This document shows positions 26,756 through 37,116 of a stretch of 64,000 bases of DNA, piece after piece. Origin of the DNA: Elusimicrobiota bacterium (GTDB taxonomy: Bacteria > Elusimicrobiota > Elusimicrobia > UBA1565 > UBA9628); the NCBI GenBank assembly GCA_027371715.1, contig DAHXMM010000005.1:133750-197749 (forward strand), read 5' to 3'. The first letter of the stretch is position 1; every line of letters begins with the position of its first letter. Both the position numbers and the translations under genes were made by a program. Below the pieces are notes generated by a model. The model saw only the letters and a program-made list of their open reading frames with translations, ran no database searches and was not told where the DNA came from.

Positions 26756-29700
26756 TCATTTTTTCAGGAAGTTGCTCAGCCAATCAAGGGCGCTTTGAGA
26801 ATCTAAAGACACGATCAAACCGTCTCCCTGTTTTGAATGAGTAAAGCTTAGGTTAGGCGCGTATTTTTGATTCCATTGGAGGATATTCTCCGGAGAGATA
26901 TTGGCCGAAGAGCCGAAAATAATTTCCAGCTCATTTTTTCTTTGGGAAATCTTGACGATTCCCCATTCCAGGGCGGTTCTCTTGACTTGAATAAGGTGAA
27001 AGAGATTTTTGACGGGTTCCGGCGGGGGGCCCGCTAAGTCCTCCATCTCTTTTTTAAGACTTTCTAAATCTTCGATTTTTGCATTACTGAGTCTGCGGTA
27101 AAGATCCAATCGCGCCCTTTCCTCGGGAAAATAATCCTGAGGAATAAACGCCGATAGGGGAATGTCGAGCGAAATTTCTTCCGCTCGCAAGGGCGTCCGG
27201 GGTTTTTTATCTTTTGAATTTGCGATTTCTTCGGTCAGGAGTTGACTGTAAAGAGAAATTCCCACTTCACGGACAAAGCCGTGTTGCCTCCGCCCTAAGA
27301 GATCTCCAGTTCCCCTAATTTCCATGTCTCTCATCGCCAGTTGCGTCCCGCTGCCCAGATGGGAAAATTCCTTGAGCGCTTCCAAGCGTTTCTGGGCTTC
27401 TTCCGGCATGAGCGAAAACTCCGCATTTTCGGGATAGAGAAAATAACAGAAAGCTTTTTTAGCTTCCCGTCCGATTCTGCCGCGCAGTTGATAGAGCTGC
27501 GCCAAGCCAAATTCATGAGCGTCTTCAACGATGAGCGTGTTGACCGAAGGGATATCGAGACCCGACTCGATGATGGTCGAGGCCGCTAAAACATCGAATT
27601 TCTTATGATAAAAATCCCACATCGCGCTTTCGATTTCCGGGCCTTTCATCTGTCCATGCACGGTGACGAAACGGGCGCGTGGCATCAAATCTTTTAGGCG
27701 CTTTGTGGTTTCTTCAAGGGTTTTGACGCGGTTGTGAACGTAATAGGCTTGTCCGCCACGGGCGATTTCTTCTTCGATGGCGTGGATGACGGTTTCTTCG
27801 CTCCAGGGCAATATCCGGGTCGTAATTGGTAGGCGGCCCGCGGGCGCGCTTTGAATGAAAGAGAGAGATCTAAGCCCTGAGAGCGCTTGGCCAAAGGTCC
27901 GGGGAATGGGAGTGGCCGATAACGAAAGAACGTCTACGGTAATTCGAAACCGCTTTATTTTTTCCTTGTCCTCAACGCCAAAGCGGTGTTCTTCGTCAAT
28001 AATGGCCAGCCCTAAATCCTTAAAGCGGATATCTTTTTGAAGAAGTCTGGATGTTCCGATCACGATGTCGAGGGCACCGTCTTTTAATTTTTCAATGACG
28101 GCTTGTTGTTCCGATTTGGTTTGAAACCGGGTTAAAAGTCCAAGCCGGACTGGATAATCGGCGAACCTTTTAGAAAAACTTCGAAAGTGTTGCTCGGCCA
28201 GAATTGTTGTGGGAACTAAGACGCAGGTCTGTTTGTTTTCCATTGCGCATTTAAAAGCGGCGCGCATGGCCACTTCCGTTTTCCCAAATCCCACGTCTCC
28301 TAACACCAAACGGTCCATGGGATGAGGCTGGGTCATGTCTTCCAAAACCTCCTCTATCGCGCGCGCTTGATCAGGGGTTTCTTGATAAGGAAACTCCGCG
28401 GCAAATTCGCGCTCAAGAAGACTGTCTTTGGGGAATGCGTGCCCTGGAGACGCTGCGCGTTCGGCCTGGGTTTTAATAAGTTTCTCGGCTAATTCCCGAA
28501 CTCCTTCTCGAACGCGTTCTTTCACTTCCTCCCAGCGTCTTTGGTCCAGACTCGAAAGGCGGGGACGTCCGGAGGCGCCTGAAATATATTTTTGTATGGC
28601 TGAAAATTCGCTCATGGGTAGATAAAGAATGGAATCGCCGGCAAAAGACAACCGGGCGCATTCAACCTGGCCAAAGCCCGGGGAGCGAACCATCTGAAGG
28701 CCGCCGTATCGGGCGATTCCGTAATCTTTGTGGACCACATAATCTCCTTTTTGAAGATCGGAGGAGTGAAGAGTAGCGGTAGGAGAAGGCGCAGCGGCCC
28801 AGGCGCGGCGATATTTTCGATTAAATATTTCAGAAGAACTGTAGAAAGCGATTTTTAAATCAGGATGATAAAACCCGTTTCCGATATCTCCAATGAGAAA
28901 TTGACAGGTTCCCTTGGGGGTTGCGGGAAAAATTTCCTGGATTCTGGAGTTTTCGCCTTGATTAAGGCTGTAGATAAAAACTTGAAATCCTTCTTGAATC
29001 AGTTTTTGAATCTCTTTAAATGCGTGTTCCGCGATGCCGCCCGTCGGTAGGTTGGGGCGAGCGCCAAAATCAAGGTCTTGGCTTGAAGTCTCAAGAAGGC
29101 GTCCCGCTTCTATCCAATGATGAGAGGGATAAGAGAAATTCTTCGGGAGAGAAACTCCTTCCTTCACTATCCAAAGCGCGTTTGAGAAAAAATCTTGAGA
29201 GAACCATTCCCATAAAAAGACGGTTCCTGCCTGCGCGTTTTCGGAAGCGGCGGGGGTAGCTAGTGCCTGGGAAATGGCGCCCGAACTCATTTGGGTTGAG
29301 GGTTCAAAACTGCGAAGGGAGGCGACTTGATTGCCGTCAAAGAGAACTCTCGTGGGGGCATCTGCGCTTGGGCTATAAAAATCAAGAATCGCCCCACGAA
29401 TGGCAAAGTCTCCCGGAGATTCGACGTAGTCCGAGCGCAAATATCCCAGTTGGATGAGCTTTTGAGCGGCTTCATCCCGGGCGATTCGGGTCTCAATTGA
29501 AAACACAAGGCTTTGCCGCTCAAAAAAATCAGGCGAGGGAACCTTGGATTTAAGGGCCTCAATGCTGGCGAGGATTAAGGAGATGCCGGGCTTAAGAAGA
29601 GAAAGATTTTTAAGCCTGTCCGGTTCTTCTTCGCCGAAAACCGCGCGCGGAATTTTGGGATGGCCTGAAAAAAGCGGCAAAAAAGCGTCCACGGCGGCAT

Positions 29701-29851
29701 TGATTTCCTCAAGCTCTTCTTCGTCTTTAACCAGGAAGATGAGGGGCCCTTTGAGCGCGGGGAGAGAAACAGGGATTTCTTTTTTAGCAAATAGAAGATG
29801 CGCGAGATAAGCCCAAGAAGAACTTGTCGGTAGTCCAATGAGGCGCGACAT
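26756..29851 (-). CDS. mfd: transcription-repair coupling factor
   Basis: GDVGFGKTEVAMRAAF, DEEHRFGV, LSATPIPRT and QLRGRIGR helicase motifs, plus a TRCF C-terminal domain. Start moved to ATG 29849-29851, 2 nt after the hemC stop, instead of the overlapping 29980. Confidence 0.9.
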   Translation of the reverse strand: MSRLIGLPTSSSWAYLAHLLFAKKEIPVSLPALKGPLIFLVKDEEELEEINAAVDAFLPLFSGHPKIPRAVFGEEEPDRLKNLSLLKPGISLILASIEALKSKVPSPDFFERQSLVFSIETRIARDEAAQKLIQLGYLRSDYVESPGDFAIRGAILDFYSPSADAPTRVLFDGNQVASLRSFEPSTQMSSGAISQALATPAASENAQAGTVFLWEWFSQDFFSNALWIVKEGVSLPKNFSYPSHHWIEAGRLLETSSQDLDFGARPNLPTGGIAEHAFKEIQKLIQEGFQVFIYSLNQGENSRIQEIFPATPKGTCQFLIGDIGNGFYHPDLKIAFYSSSEIFNRKYRRAWAAAPSPTATLHSSDLQKGDYVVHKDYGIARYGGLQMVRSPGFGQVECARLSFAGDSILYLPMSEFSAIQKYISGASGRPRLSSLDQRRWEEVKERVREGVRELAEKLIKTQAERAASPGHAFPKDSLLEREFAAEFPYQETPDQARAIEEVLEDMTQPHPMDRLVLGDVGFGKTEVAMRAAFKCAMENKQTCVLVPTTILAEQHFRSFSKRFADYPVRLGLLTRFQTKSEQQAVIEKLKDGALDIVIGTSRLLQKDIRFKDLGLAIIDEEHRFGVEDKEKIKRFRITVDVLSLSATPIPRTFGQALSGLRSLSFIQSAPAGRLPITTRILPWSEETVIHAIEEEIARGGQAYYVHNRVKTLEETTKRLKDLMPRARFVTVHGQMKGPEIESAMWDFYHKKFDVLAASTIIESGLDIPSVNTLIVEDAHEFGLAQLYQLRGRIGREAKKAFCYFLYPENAEFSLMPEEAQKRLEALKEFSHLGSGTQLAMRDMEIRGTGDLLGRRQHGFVREVGISLYSQLLTEEIANSKDKKPRTPLRAEEISLDIPLSAFIPQDYFPEERARLDLYRRLSNAKIEDLESLKKEMEDLAGPPPEPVKNLFHLIQVKRTALEWGIVKISQRKNELEIIFGSSANISPENILQWNQKYAPNLSFTHSKQGDGLIVSLDSQSALDWLSNFLKK

Positions 29852-29855
29852 TAAA

Positions 29856-30782
29856 TTAGGATTTAACTTGGCGCGCGAGGTCTTGGATAAAAGAATCTTT
29901 AAGGCTGGTGTCTTTGCAAAAAGATTTAAGGCGTTTGGCGTGGGCGCCATTTTCTTGGGCCCAAAAAACGCGCACCTCAAGCCCCTCCGCTTTTATTTCA
30001 GCCAAGGCTCCCAAAGGGGTCGAACACCCGCCGCCCACGGTTTTTAAAAATTCTCTCTCCCACTCAACTGAAATTCGGGTCGGCCCATGATCGAGAATTT
30101 GAGAAAAAAGCCTGAGGTCGTCCTGCGTCCGAGATTCAATCGCCAAGGCTCCTTGGCCGGGGGAGGGGACCATCTGGTCGAGATCAATAAGATGGGCGGA
30201 AGAAATTTCGCGCCCCAATCTTTTGAGTCCGGCTGCCGCCAGGATAATTCCGTCCAAAGATTTTTCTTCCAATTTTTTTAAGCGCGTGTCTACGTTCCCC
30301 CGAAGCGGAAGCACGTTGACTTCTGGGAAAACCATTTTAAGCTGAATTTGCCTTCTTAGAGAAGAGGTTCCAATTGTTTGCCCAGGTTTTATTTCTTTCC
30401 AGGAAATTCCATTTTGCCCGATAAAAATATCTTGCGGGCTTTCCCGTTGGGGATAGGCGAGAATGTGAAGCCCATTTGGGATTTGAGCGGGCATATCTTT
30501 CGCGCTGTGGACCGCTAAATCAATTTCTCCTTTTAATAATCCCTCTTCGATTTCCTTAACAAAAAGGCCCTTGGTTCCTTGAGGAGATAAAGAGGCCTCG
30601 TGCGCTTCTTTGGGAGATTGGTTTTGGAATAAATCTCCAGATGTTTTGATTATGATGATCTCGGTCTCAAGCGAAGGTGAAATTTCTTTAAGGCGGCTCT
30701 CAACCCAACGGCTTTGAGCGAGGGCCAAGGGAGATCCCCGCGTTCCGATTTTAAGCTTCACCCTATCATTGTAGAAAATCAT
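29856..30782 (-). CDS. hemC: hydroxymethylbilane synthase (porphobilinogen deaminase)
   Basis: KIGTRGSPLALAQ, GNVDTRLKKL and GGCSTPLGA blocks. Confidence 0.9.
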   Translation of the reverse strand: MIFYNDRVKLKIGTRGSPLALAQSRWVESRLKEISPSLETEIIIIKTSGDLFQNQSPKEAHEASLSPQGTKGLFVKEIEEGLLKGEIDLAVHSAKDMPAQIPNGLHILAYPQRESPQDIFIGQNGISWKEIKPGQTIGTSSLRRQIQLKMVFPEVNVLPLRGNVDTRLKKLEEKSLDGIILAAAGLKRLGREISSAHLIDLDQMVPSPGQGALAIESRTQDDLRLFSQILDHGPTRISVEWEREFLKTVGGGCSTPLGALAEIKAEGLEVRVFWAQENGAHAKRLKSFCKDTSLKDSFIQDLARQVKS

Positions 30783-30878
30783 GGAGGCGGGATTTCATAT
30801 CATCCGGATGCGAATTTAGAAACAAAAAATCGAATTTGATAAGATGAAATAATCCAGATATTCAAGGAGAGTGGAATC

Positions 30879-32189
30879 ATGAAAATTTGCGTGGTGGGTT
30901 GCGGTTATGTGGGACTTGTGACGGGTTCGTGTCTGGCGGAAATTGGACACGAGGTCGTCTGCGTTGATTCCGACAAGAAAAAAGTGTCCGCTTTGAAAGC
31001 GGGAAAGGTTCCCATCCACGAACCGGGTTTGGAAGCGATATTCGCCAAAAATGCCCGCCATAAAAGGCTTTCTTTCGCTTCTTCTATTAAAGAAGGAATG
31101 CGCATTAAAGGTTCTCCCGTCGAAGTCGTCTTTATCGCGGTCGGCACTCCTCCGCGTGAAGACGGATCGGCGGATTTGTCGGCAGTTGAAACCGTTGCGG
31201 CCGAAGTGGCCAAGAATTTATCCAGCTATGCCGTCATCGTGGACAAATCAACGGTTCCGGTTGAAACGGGAGAATGGGTCTATAAGACGGTCGCGCGCTT
31301 GATTAAAAAGGGGCTTGAGTTTGACGTGGTTTCAAACCCGGAATTTTTAAGCGAAGGCTCCGCGGTTAAAGATTTCATGAATCCTGATCGGGTTGTCTTA
31401 GGAATTTCTTCTCCAAGAGCTGAAAAAGTGATGCGAAAAGTTTATGAACCCTTGCGCGCGACGGTTCTTGTGACCGATGTTAAAAGCGCTGAACTGATTA
31501 AGCATGCCTCTAACTCATTCTTAGCGATGAAAATTTCCTATATTAACGCGGTTTCCATCTTGTGCGAGAAAGTGGGCGCCGATGTGGGTCTGGTCGCCAA
31601 GGGCATGGGTCTTGATCGCCGCATTGGTTCCATGTTTTTTAATGCGGGAGTGGGCTTTGGCGGATTCTGTTTTCCAAAAGACCTGGAAGCTTTCTACTGG
31701 ATCGCTCGAAAAAAAGGCTATGACTTTCAAATGCTCAAGGCGGTTAAAGAGGTGAATGAATTTCAAAAGACCTGGATTATGAGAAAATTGGAAGAGCATC
31801 TCTGGAACTTAGAGGGGAAAACGGTCGCGATGCTGGGGCTTGCCTTTAAGCCCAACACCGATGATATGCGTTTTGCCCCTAGTTTAGACATCGCTCTTCA
31901 TCTTAAAGATCGCGGCGTCAAAATTCGGGCGACCGATCCCGTGGCCCTTGAGCGGGCGGCCTCCTGGCCACAGATGAAAGGAGTGACTTTGTATAAGGAC
32001 ATTTACCAATGCCTTCAAGGGGTTGACGCGGTTGCCGTCGTGACGGAATGGCCGGAATTTAAAAACCTGGATTTTAAGCGCGTTTTTAGCCTTCTTAAGA
32101 ACCCCTTGATTCTCGATGGACGCAATCTCTACGATCCGCAAAAAATGCGTTCCATTGGATTTACCTATTGCGGCGTGGGCCGCCCGTAA
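30879..32189 (+). CDS. ugd: UDP-glucose 6-dehydrogenase
   Basis: MKICVVGCGYVGLVTGSCLAEIGHEV Rossmann N-terminus, the catalytic-Cys region GFGGFCFPKD, and AAGGAGA upstream. Confidence 0.9.
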   Translation: MKICVVGCGYVGLVTGSCLAEIGHEVVCVDSDKKKVSALKAGKVPIHEPGLEAIFAKNARHKRLSFASSIKEGMRIKGSPVEVVFIAVGTPPREDGSADLSAVETVAAEVAKNLSSYAVIVDKSTVPVETGEWVYKTVARLIKKGLEFDVVSNPEFLSEGSAVKDFMNPDRVVLGISSPRAEKVMRKVYEPLRATVLVTDVKSAELIKHASNSFLAMKISYINAVSILCEKVGADVGLVAKGMGLDRRIGSMFFNAGVGFGGFCFPKDLEAFYWIARKKGYDFQMLKAVKEVNEFQKTWIMRKLEEHLWNLEGKTVAMLGLAFKPNTDDMRFAPSLDIALHLKDRGVKIRATDPVALERAASWPQMKGVTLYKDIYQCLQGVDAVAVVTEWPEFKNLDFKRVFSLLKNPLILDGRNLYDPQKMRSIGFTYCGVGRP

Positions 32190-32220
32190 TTTTGGGCGAA
32201 TTTTGATATATAATCTTTTA

Positions 32221-33126
32221 ATGAATAAATTAACTCGCGGTATCGTCTTGATGTCGGCGTTGTGGGCTTTAAGCGCGCTTCCGGCTTCCGCCATGTTTGC
32301 GGACGGAAATGTTAATCAAACGATGGGAAGCGGGGGATATGTCGGCACCCAGGCTTCGGCGGATATCGGGGGAGATCTTCATTTTCAGCCGTCTTTTGAG
32401 GAATATCACGGAGATGGAACCAAGGGCTTTACCTACAGGACTTATTCCTTGCGTGCGGCTTACGACAAAAAAAGTTGGGGGTTAGGACTTTCAGGAGGCG
32501 CGACTCCAACCATTGATGGATACAATAATTATTTTTTTGGGGCCGATGGAGTTTTGAGTTTAATGCCGGGAAATGGTCCTCCTTTAAGAGCCGCGGCCCA
32601 AGCTTCCAATCCTTATTATTGGGGGCCCAACAACGCGGGACTGGCGGGAGTGGACTTGCGGGCGGGGGTTACGGAAATTCATAATGGTGAAGATTCTACC
32701 TTTTTGGGCCGTGCCGGGAGCGCGAATTTCGGCCAAACCAATATTCATGGTTCGGTTGACGCGGCCATGATGGATAATTTAATGACGGTCAATGTCACCA
32801 AATCTCTGTATGACCGGAACCTGGGGGGGCTGGGCGTTCAAAACGCTGAAGTGACGAATTTAGACGGAGTCACTAACGTTGTCTTGGGTTTCCCTGATAT
32901 GTCGGTCAACGCCAAAATTCAAATGCAGATGATTCCATTTTTAACGCCCTACATTTCTTATACCCATACGACCTTTCAATTGGGCGCGCAGGCTTCCGAC
33001 GCCTATTCGTTTGGGGTTGCCGCGAACTTAATGATGTTGGCCTTTAACGCGTCTTATGAACATTATGTTCAGCCGGGGACGACGGCTGAGGACTTCATCA
33101 ATGTCGGCGCGAGCCTGAAGCTTTAA
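32221..33126 (+). CDS. hypothetical exported protein, possibly an outer-membrane beta-barrel
   Basis: ATG 32221 gives MNKLTRGIVLMSALWALSALPASA. Gly/Asn/Ala-rich. The track ORF start at 32116 overlaps ugd. Confidence 0.5.
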   Translation: MNKLTRGIVLMSALWALSALPASAMFADGNVNQTMGSGGYVGTQASADIGGDLHFQPSFEEYHGDGTKGFTYRTYSLRAAYDKKSWGLGLSGGATPTIDGYNNYFFGADGVLSLMPGNGPPLRAAAQASNPYYWGPNNAGLAGVDLRAGVTEIHNGEDSTFLGRAGSANFGQTNIHGSVDAAMMDNLMTVNVTKSLYDRNLGGLGVQNAEVTNLDGVTNVVLGFPDMSVNAKIQMQMIPFLTPYISYTHTTFQLGAQASDAYSFGVAANLMMLAFNASYEHYVQPGTTAEDFINVGASLKL

Positions 33127-33140
33127 TCTAAAGAGACAAT

Positions 33141-33176
33141 AAAAAGCCCCTCTGAAATTCCAGAGGGGCTTTTTTT
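33141..33176. terminator. bidirectional Rho-independent terminator between convergent genes
   Basis: AAAAAGCCCCTCTG-AAATTC-CAGAGGGGCTTTTTTT: a 10-bp stem (33145-33154 / 33161-33170) flanked by an A-run and a T-run. Confidence 0.9.
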
Positions 33177-33187
33177 AATGGCTTAAT

Positions 33188-33559
33188 TTATTTGCTCGAT
33201 TCAACGGGGAAACTCTTTCCTTTCCAGTCCATGATCCCGCCGACAAGCTCCTGAACCTTGTAGCCTTTTTCAGCCAACATCAAGGCCGCTTTGGGGGCCA
33301 AGGCGCAGGTGATGTTCCAGCAGTAAAGAACGACGGTCTTGTCCTTGGGGAATTTAGAGAGAGAATTCACGATATCCGCAAACGGGATATTGACGGAACC
33401 GGTGATATGTTCTTTTTTGTAAGACTCCGAATCCCGAACGTCAACGAGAAACACGCTTTTTTTCTCAAGGGCCGCGCTCAGTTCATGCGCGGTGGTCTCA
33501 AACTGCAGTTTGGCCCTGAAATAATCGACGGCGCTCATTTCTTTGGTCTCAGTGATCAT
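33188..33559 (-). CDS. rhodanese-domain protein
   Basis: LVDVRDSESYKKEHITGSVNIP and the active-site loop VVLYCWNITCALAPKAA. 123 aa. Confidence 0.75.
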   Translation of the reverse strand: MITETKEMSAVDYFRAKLQFETTAHELSAALEKKSVFLVDVRDSESYKKEHITGSVNIPFADIVNSLSKFPKDKTVVLYCWNITCALAPKAALMLAEKGYKVQELVGGIMDWKGKSFPVESSK

Positions 33560-33684
33560 ATTTTTCTCCTTTGCTCATTTTTGCGGGGACAAGATTTTTG
33601 TCCCCAACTCTTCTTATATTTTGGCAAAATTAAAAAGCGTTTGCTATGCTAATTTTGTAAAGTAAGTCCGGAAGGAGAAATATT

Positions 33685-34728
33685 ATGAGCCAATGCCGTG
33701 GATATGCCGCAAAAAGCGCGACCAGTCCTTTAGAACCCTTTATTTTTGAACGAAGAGAACCCGGGAGGAAGGACGTTGAAATTGAAATTACCTTTTGCGG
33801 GATTTGTCACTCCGACATTCATTCTGCGCGTAATGAGTGGGGATCGGCGGTCTATCCAATGGTTCCGGGTCATGAAATTGTGGGACAGGTCAAGAAAATT
33901 GGAAAAGACGTAAAAAAATTTAAAGTGGGGGATTTCGCGGGCGTGGGGTGTTTGGTTGATTCTTGCCGGAAATGCGATTCCTGCGCTCAAGGCCTTGAGC
34001 AGTTTTGCGCGGGGCCCGCGACTTTTACCTATAACAGCGTTGGCCGGGATGGGAGGGCGACTCAAGGCGGTTATTCTTCTCAGATCGTGATTGACGAGGA
34101 TTTTGCTTTAAAAGTCGCTTCCGGCCTTCCCATGGAAAGGGTTGCGCCTCTTTTGTGTGCCGGCATTACCACTTACTCCCCACTAAAGCGTTTTAATGTT
34201 GGCCCTAATTCTCGCGTTGGCGTTTTGGGTTTAGGAGGACTTGGACACATGGCGGTCAAAATCGCCAAGGCGATGGGTTCAGAGGTCTTTGTTTTGAGTC
34301 ATTCCGCGTCTAAAAAATCTGATGCTAAACGCTTAGGCGCTGACGAATTTGTTCTCTTGTCTGATGTAAACGCCCCCTCTAAAATGGCGGGACATTTAAA
34401 TTTTATTATTGATACGGTTTCCGCCAAACATGACTTAAACTCCGCCTTGGGAATGTTGAAATTAGACGGAGCCCTGGTTTTAGTAGGCGCTTCTCCAACG
34501 CCCTTGGAGGTGGCGGCGTTTCCGCTTATTATGGGCCGAAGGACCTTGGCCGGGTCTCTCATCGGCGGCCTTTCGGAAACTCAGGAAATGCTGGATTTTT
34601 GCGCGAAACACAAGGTCTTGGCTGATGTTGAGGTCATCAAGATTCAAAATGTGAACCAGGCGTATGAGCGAATGATGAAAAACGACGTTCGCTACCGATT
34701 TTCAATTGATTTGAAAACCTTGGGCTGA
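33685..34728 (+). CDS. zinc-type NAD(P)-dependent alcohol dehydrogenase (YahK/cinnamyl-ADH-like)
   Basis: GICHSDIHSARNEWG, PMVPGHEIVG, the structural Zn cluster CRKCDSCAQGLEQFC, and GLGGLGHMAVK. Confidence 0.85.
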   Translation: MSQCRGYAAKSATSPLEPFIFERREPGRKDVEIEITFCGICHSDIHSARNEWGSAVYPMVPGHEIVGQVKKIGKDVKKFKVGDFAGVGCLVDSCRKCDSCAQGLEQFCAGPATFTYNSVGRDGRATQGGYSSQIVIDEDFALKVASGLPMERVAPLLCAGITTYSPLKRFNVGPNSRVGVLGLGGLGHMAVKIAKAMGSEVFVLSHSASKKSDAKRLGADEFVLLSDVNAPSKMAGHLNFIIDTVSAKHDLNSALGMLKLDGALVLVGASPTPLEVAAFPLIMGRRTLAGSLIGGLSETQEMLDFCAKHKVLADVEVIKIQNVNQAYERMMKNDVRYRFSIDLKTLG

Positions 34729-34735
34729 CCAAGGT

Positions 34736-36109
34736 TTATTTTCCCAAGATTCGCTTAAGTTCGGCGAGAATGGGTAAAGATTGCGGGACCTTGAGGTCGG
34801 AGAGATTTGAGATCGGGAGGGAATCCCACACGCGTTCAAGCGACGGCGGGTTCTTTCCGTCCAAGGGAAGATTTGCCGCCCAGGCGTCCATGGTCATGTC
34901 GCCTGAATAGTATTTAGGATTTCGAATTTCAGGGTAAATCGGGTTTCCGGTAATCATCGCTTCTATGTCGGTGCAGGCGCCAAGCGGTCCATAACCGCCC
35001 ATCGGAAGATGATATTTATTCGCTTTGCGGATGAGTTCTCTCCGGGTGGTCGCCGCGCGGTTAATTATTTTAACCGCCTCCATTCCCGTCCAAGAGTTGA
35101 CAACGCGGTCGCCTACCCAAGGCTTATTTTCAGCGGCTTTCGGGATAAACTCGGCGCTTCCCTCGTCGCTGAAGTAGTAGATGAGGTCGGTGTTGATCCT
35201 GGGTCCGTGGATGGATATCTCAAGTTCGGCGTGACTGACGGGAACGATTAATTTTTGTCCGCTGGGCAAAACGACGCCGGTATCGGCAAATAGAGGAGTT
35301 ACGATGGAAGCCCATTGGCCTTGATTGTCATACCAAAGGCCGCCAAAGTTGGCGAAAAATCGCTTGTCGGAGGCGTTGATTGCATTCCCATTGGCCAAGA
35401 GATAAGTTAGAAAGTCCTCAACCGAAGTAAAATTTAGGGAATCAAAAACGAGGGTGTGTTTGGGTGGCTTTCCGGGGCGGTTGAGAGAAAGGAGATTAAG
35501 GGCTTGGGCGAGCGCCTGATTGTCGCCATAAGCGGAAGACTGGTCATGCCGCGTTTTGTCGCCATGATAAATGTCGTTTCCCCAGTTTTCAAGAAACTCG
35601 CCATCTCCGGCCGCTTGCGGACGACCGGTTAAAAGTAGAGTTTTTTGAGCCGGAAACTGGGTCGCCGACGCGGGCTTTTTCTGCCGTCCGTAAAGCTTAA
35701 GAAAATCCTGCATTTGCGGAACTGTCATCACCGGAAATGAATTAAGAAAGCTTTTGTCGGAGCTTTGAATCGCTCGAACTAATGCCCCTTTTTCCTCGGC
35801 GTTAATCGCTCCGAATTCAGACCACGGCTTTCCCAGCTTTTGACCCGCGCGCTGAATGGAAGCGATGAGCGCATCGAGTTTTTTGGGATCATTAGACAAT
35901 AACTCGGCGAATTGCGAAAGAGTCAATATCGACGTTGAGTTTTTAAGAGCTTGATGCGAAAAGACGCTTAGTTTTTGATTACGCATGACTCCGTCGAAGG
36001 TTTTGGCCCCGGAATTCCAGGAATCCTCGGGAGAACCAGCGTGGAGTGGCAAAACCGCGCAACTAAAAACGATTAGCGTCGCGAGCAGGCTAAACAGTCT
36101 TGATCTCAA
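34736..36109 (-). CDS. hypothetical exported protein (457 aa)
   Basis: Signal peptide MRSRLFSLLATLIVFSCAVLPLHAG. No motif recognised. Last gene of a three-gene minus-strand cluster. Confidence 0.5.
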   Translation of the reverse strand: MRSRLFSLLATLIVFSCAVLPLHAGSPEDSWNSGAKTFDGVMRNQKLSVFSHQALKNSTSILTLSQFAELLSNDPKKLDALIASIQRAGQKLGKPWSEFGAINAEEKGALVRAIQSSDKSFLNSFPVMTVPQMQDFLKLYGRQKKPASATQFPAQKTLLLTGRPQAAGDGEFLENWGNDIYHGDKTRHDQSSAYGDNQALAQALNLLSLNRPGKPPKHTLVFDSLNFTSVEDFLTYLLANGNAINASDKRFFANFGGLWYDNQGQWASIVTPLFADTGVVLPSGQKLIVPVSHAELEISIHGPRINTDLIYYFSDEGSAEFIPKAAENKPWVGDRVVNSWTGMEAVKIINRAATTRRELIRKANKYHLPMGGYGPLGACTDIEAMITGNPIYPEIRNPKYYSGDMTMDAWAANLPLDGKNPPSLERVWDSLPISNLSDLKVPQSLPILAELKRILGK

Positions 36110-36112
36110 ATC

Positions 36113-37090
36113 CTATCGCCCTCGCCATAAACTGTCCATCGAGAGAGAAGACATCGCCTGAATCGGAGCCAATTTGGCTTGAATCGTGGAGGAAAGAGCG
36201 GCGCTCAAAGCCGCTCCATCCGTCCAGGGGCCCTTGGCGCAAGTGCCGATGGAATTACTCCATGGCCTTGCGACGACGCTACTCACGCTTCCCGAAACAT
36301 AAGACGGCGCTCCCATTTGGCAGAGGTCGGCAACCTCATCTCCCTGAGTGGAATTCCAAGCCTGTGGATAGGAGGGATGATTTCCCGGCGTTGGAAAGGG
36401 GTCGGTCACGGCTTCAATCATTTCATGCGAAGACGCGACGGTCACGGATTCAAAATTTTCCTCGCAATCCGGCATGACCCCGTAAAAAATTGCGCCGCCT
36501 AATGCTTTAAATCCATCGTGATAGGCGTCGAAGGTTTGGCAAGAGTCGCCGGACCCGCCCGGGCCTTTGATTATAATTCCTTGAGGGAAATAGAGCATAT
36601 AAAGGGTGTTTTCATCCGGCGCGGGTAAAACTCCTTTGGCGATTTGGAGAGAAAGCTCTTTTTGAATCATTCTATCGGTCAGCGTAGTCGCTTGGTTTTT
36701 GGGTTCGATGGTTTGTTGGCCGATGAAATTTCCATGGCCTATTGTCTGTCCAGTTCCAGGGCGCCCGTCCATGGCGGGAATATCGGTTTTATACTGGGCT
36801 AGAACGTCCATGTAGTTGCTACTGAGAATGGATTGGTAAAAAGGCTTGAGTTTGACCTGAAGTTCCGTATTGACTTCGCTGCCCCAATAAACGACAAAAA
36901 CCTTGACGTGGGAAATCACAGGGCCGCCGTAATACCTGAGAACTTTTTTTCGATCACCGCCTAGAATTGAAAACCCATTGAACGGGCGCGGGGTGACAAG
37001 ATATTCCCCGTAAGGAGCTGAGAAAGCCAAGCGAGAAGAAAAGAGACTTGTTGCCAGAACTGCCGCCGAGAGATAACGCATTTTTTTCAT
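36113..37090 (-). CDS. hypothetical exported protein, possibly PHI-1/EXORDIUM-like
   Basis: ATG 37088-37090 with AAGGAGAA upstream gives MKKMRYLSAAVLATSLFSSRLAFSA. LRYYGGPVISHVKVFVVYWG and SSHEMIEAVTDPFP...DEVADLC resemble, from memory, plant EXORDIUM blocks (YHxGPLLxGxIxVxLIWYG ... TNPF ... C). Confidence 0.4.
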   Translation of the reverse strand: MKKMRYLSAAVLATSLFSSRLAFSAPYGEYLVTPRPFNGFSILGGDRKKVLRYYGGPVISHVKVFVVYWGSEVNTELQVKLKPFYQSILSSNYMDVLAQYKTDIPAMDGRPGTGQTIGHGNFIGQQTIEPKNQATTLTDRMIQKELSLQIAKGVLPAPDENTLYMLYFPQGIIIKGPGGSGDSCQTFDAYHDGFKALGGAIFYGVMPDCEENFESVTVASSHEMIEAVTDPFPTPGNHPSYPQAWNSTQGDEVADLCQMGAPSYVSGSVSSVVARPWSNSIGTCAKGPWTDGAALSAALSSTIQAKLAPIQAMSSLSMDSLWRGR

Positions 37091-37116
37091 TTGTTCTCCT
37101 TGTTCAATATTGAAAC

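Noticed and set aside
33585-33605. Hairpin GGGGACAA-GATTT-TTGTCCCC between the rhodanese and ADH genes, considered as a terminator.
   Set aside because: The flanking genes are divergent, so the hairpin lies in a promoter or 5'-UTR region, and no T-run follows on either strand. It may be an operator, but there is no further support.
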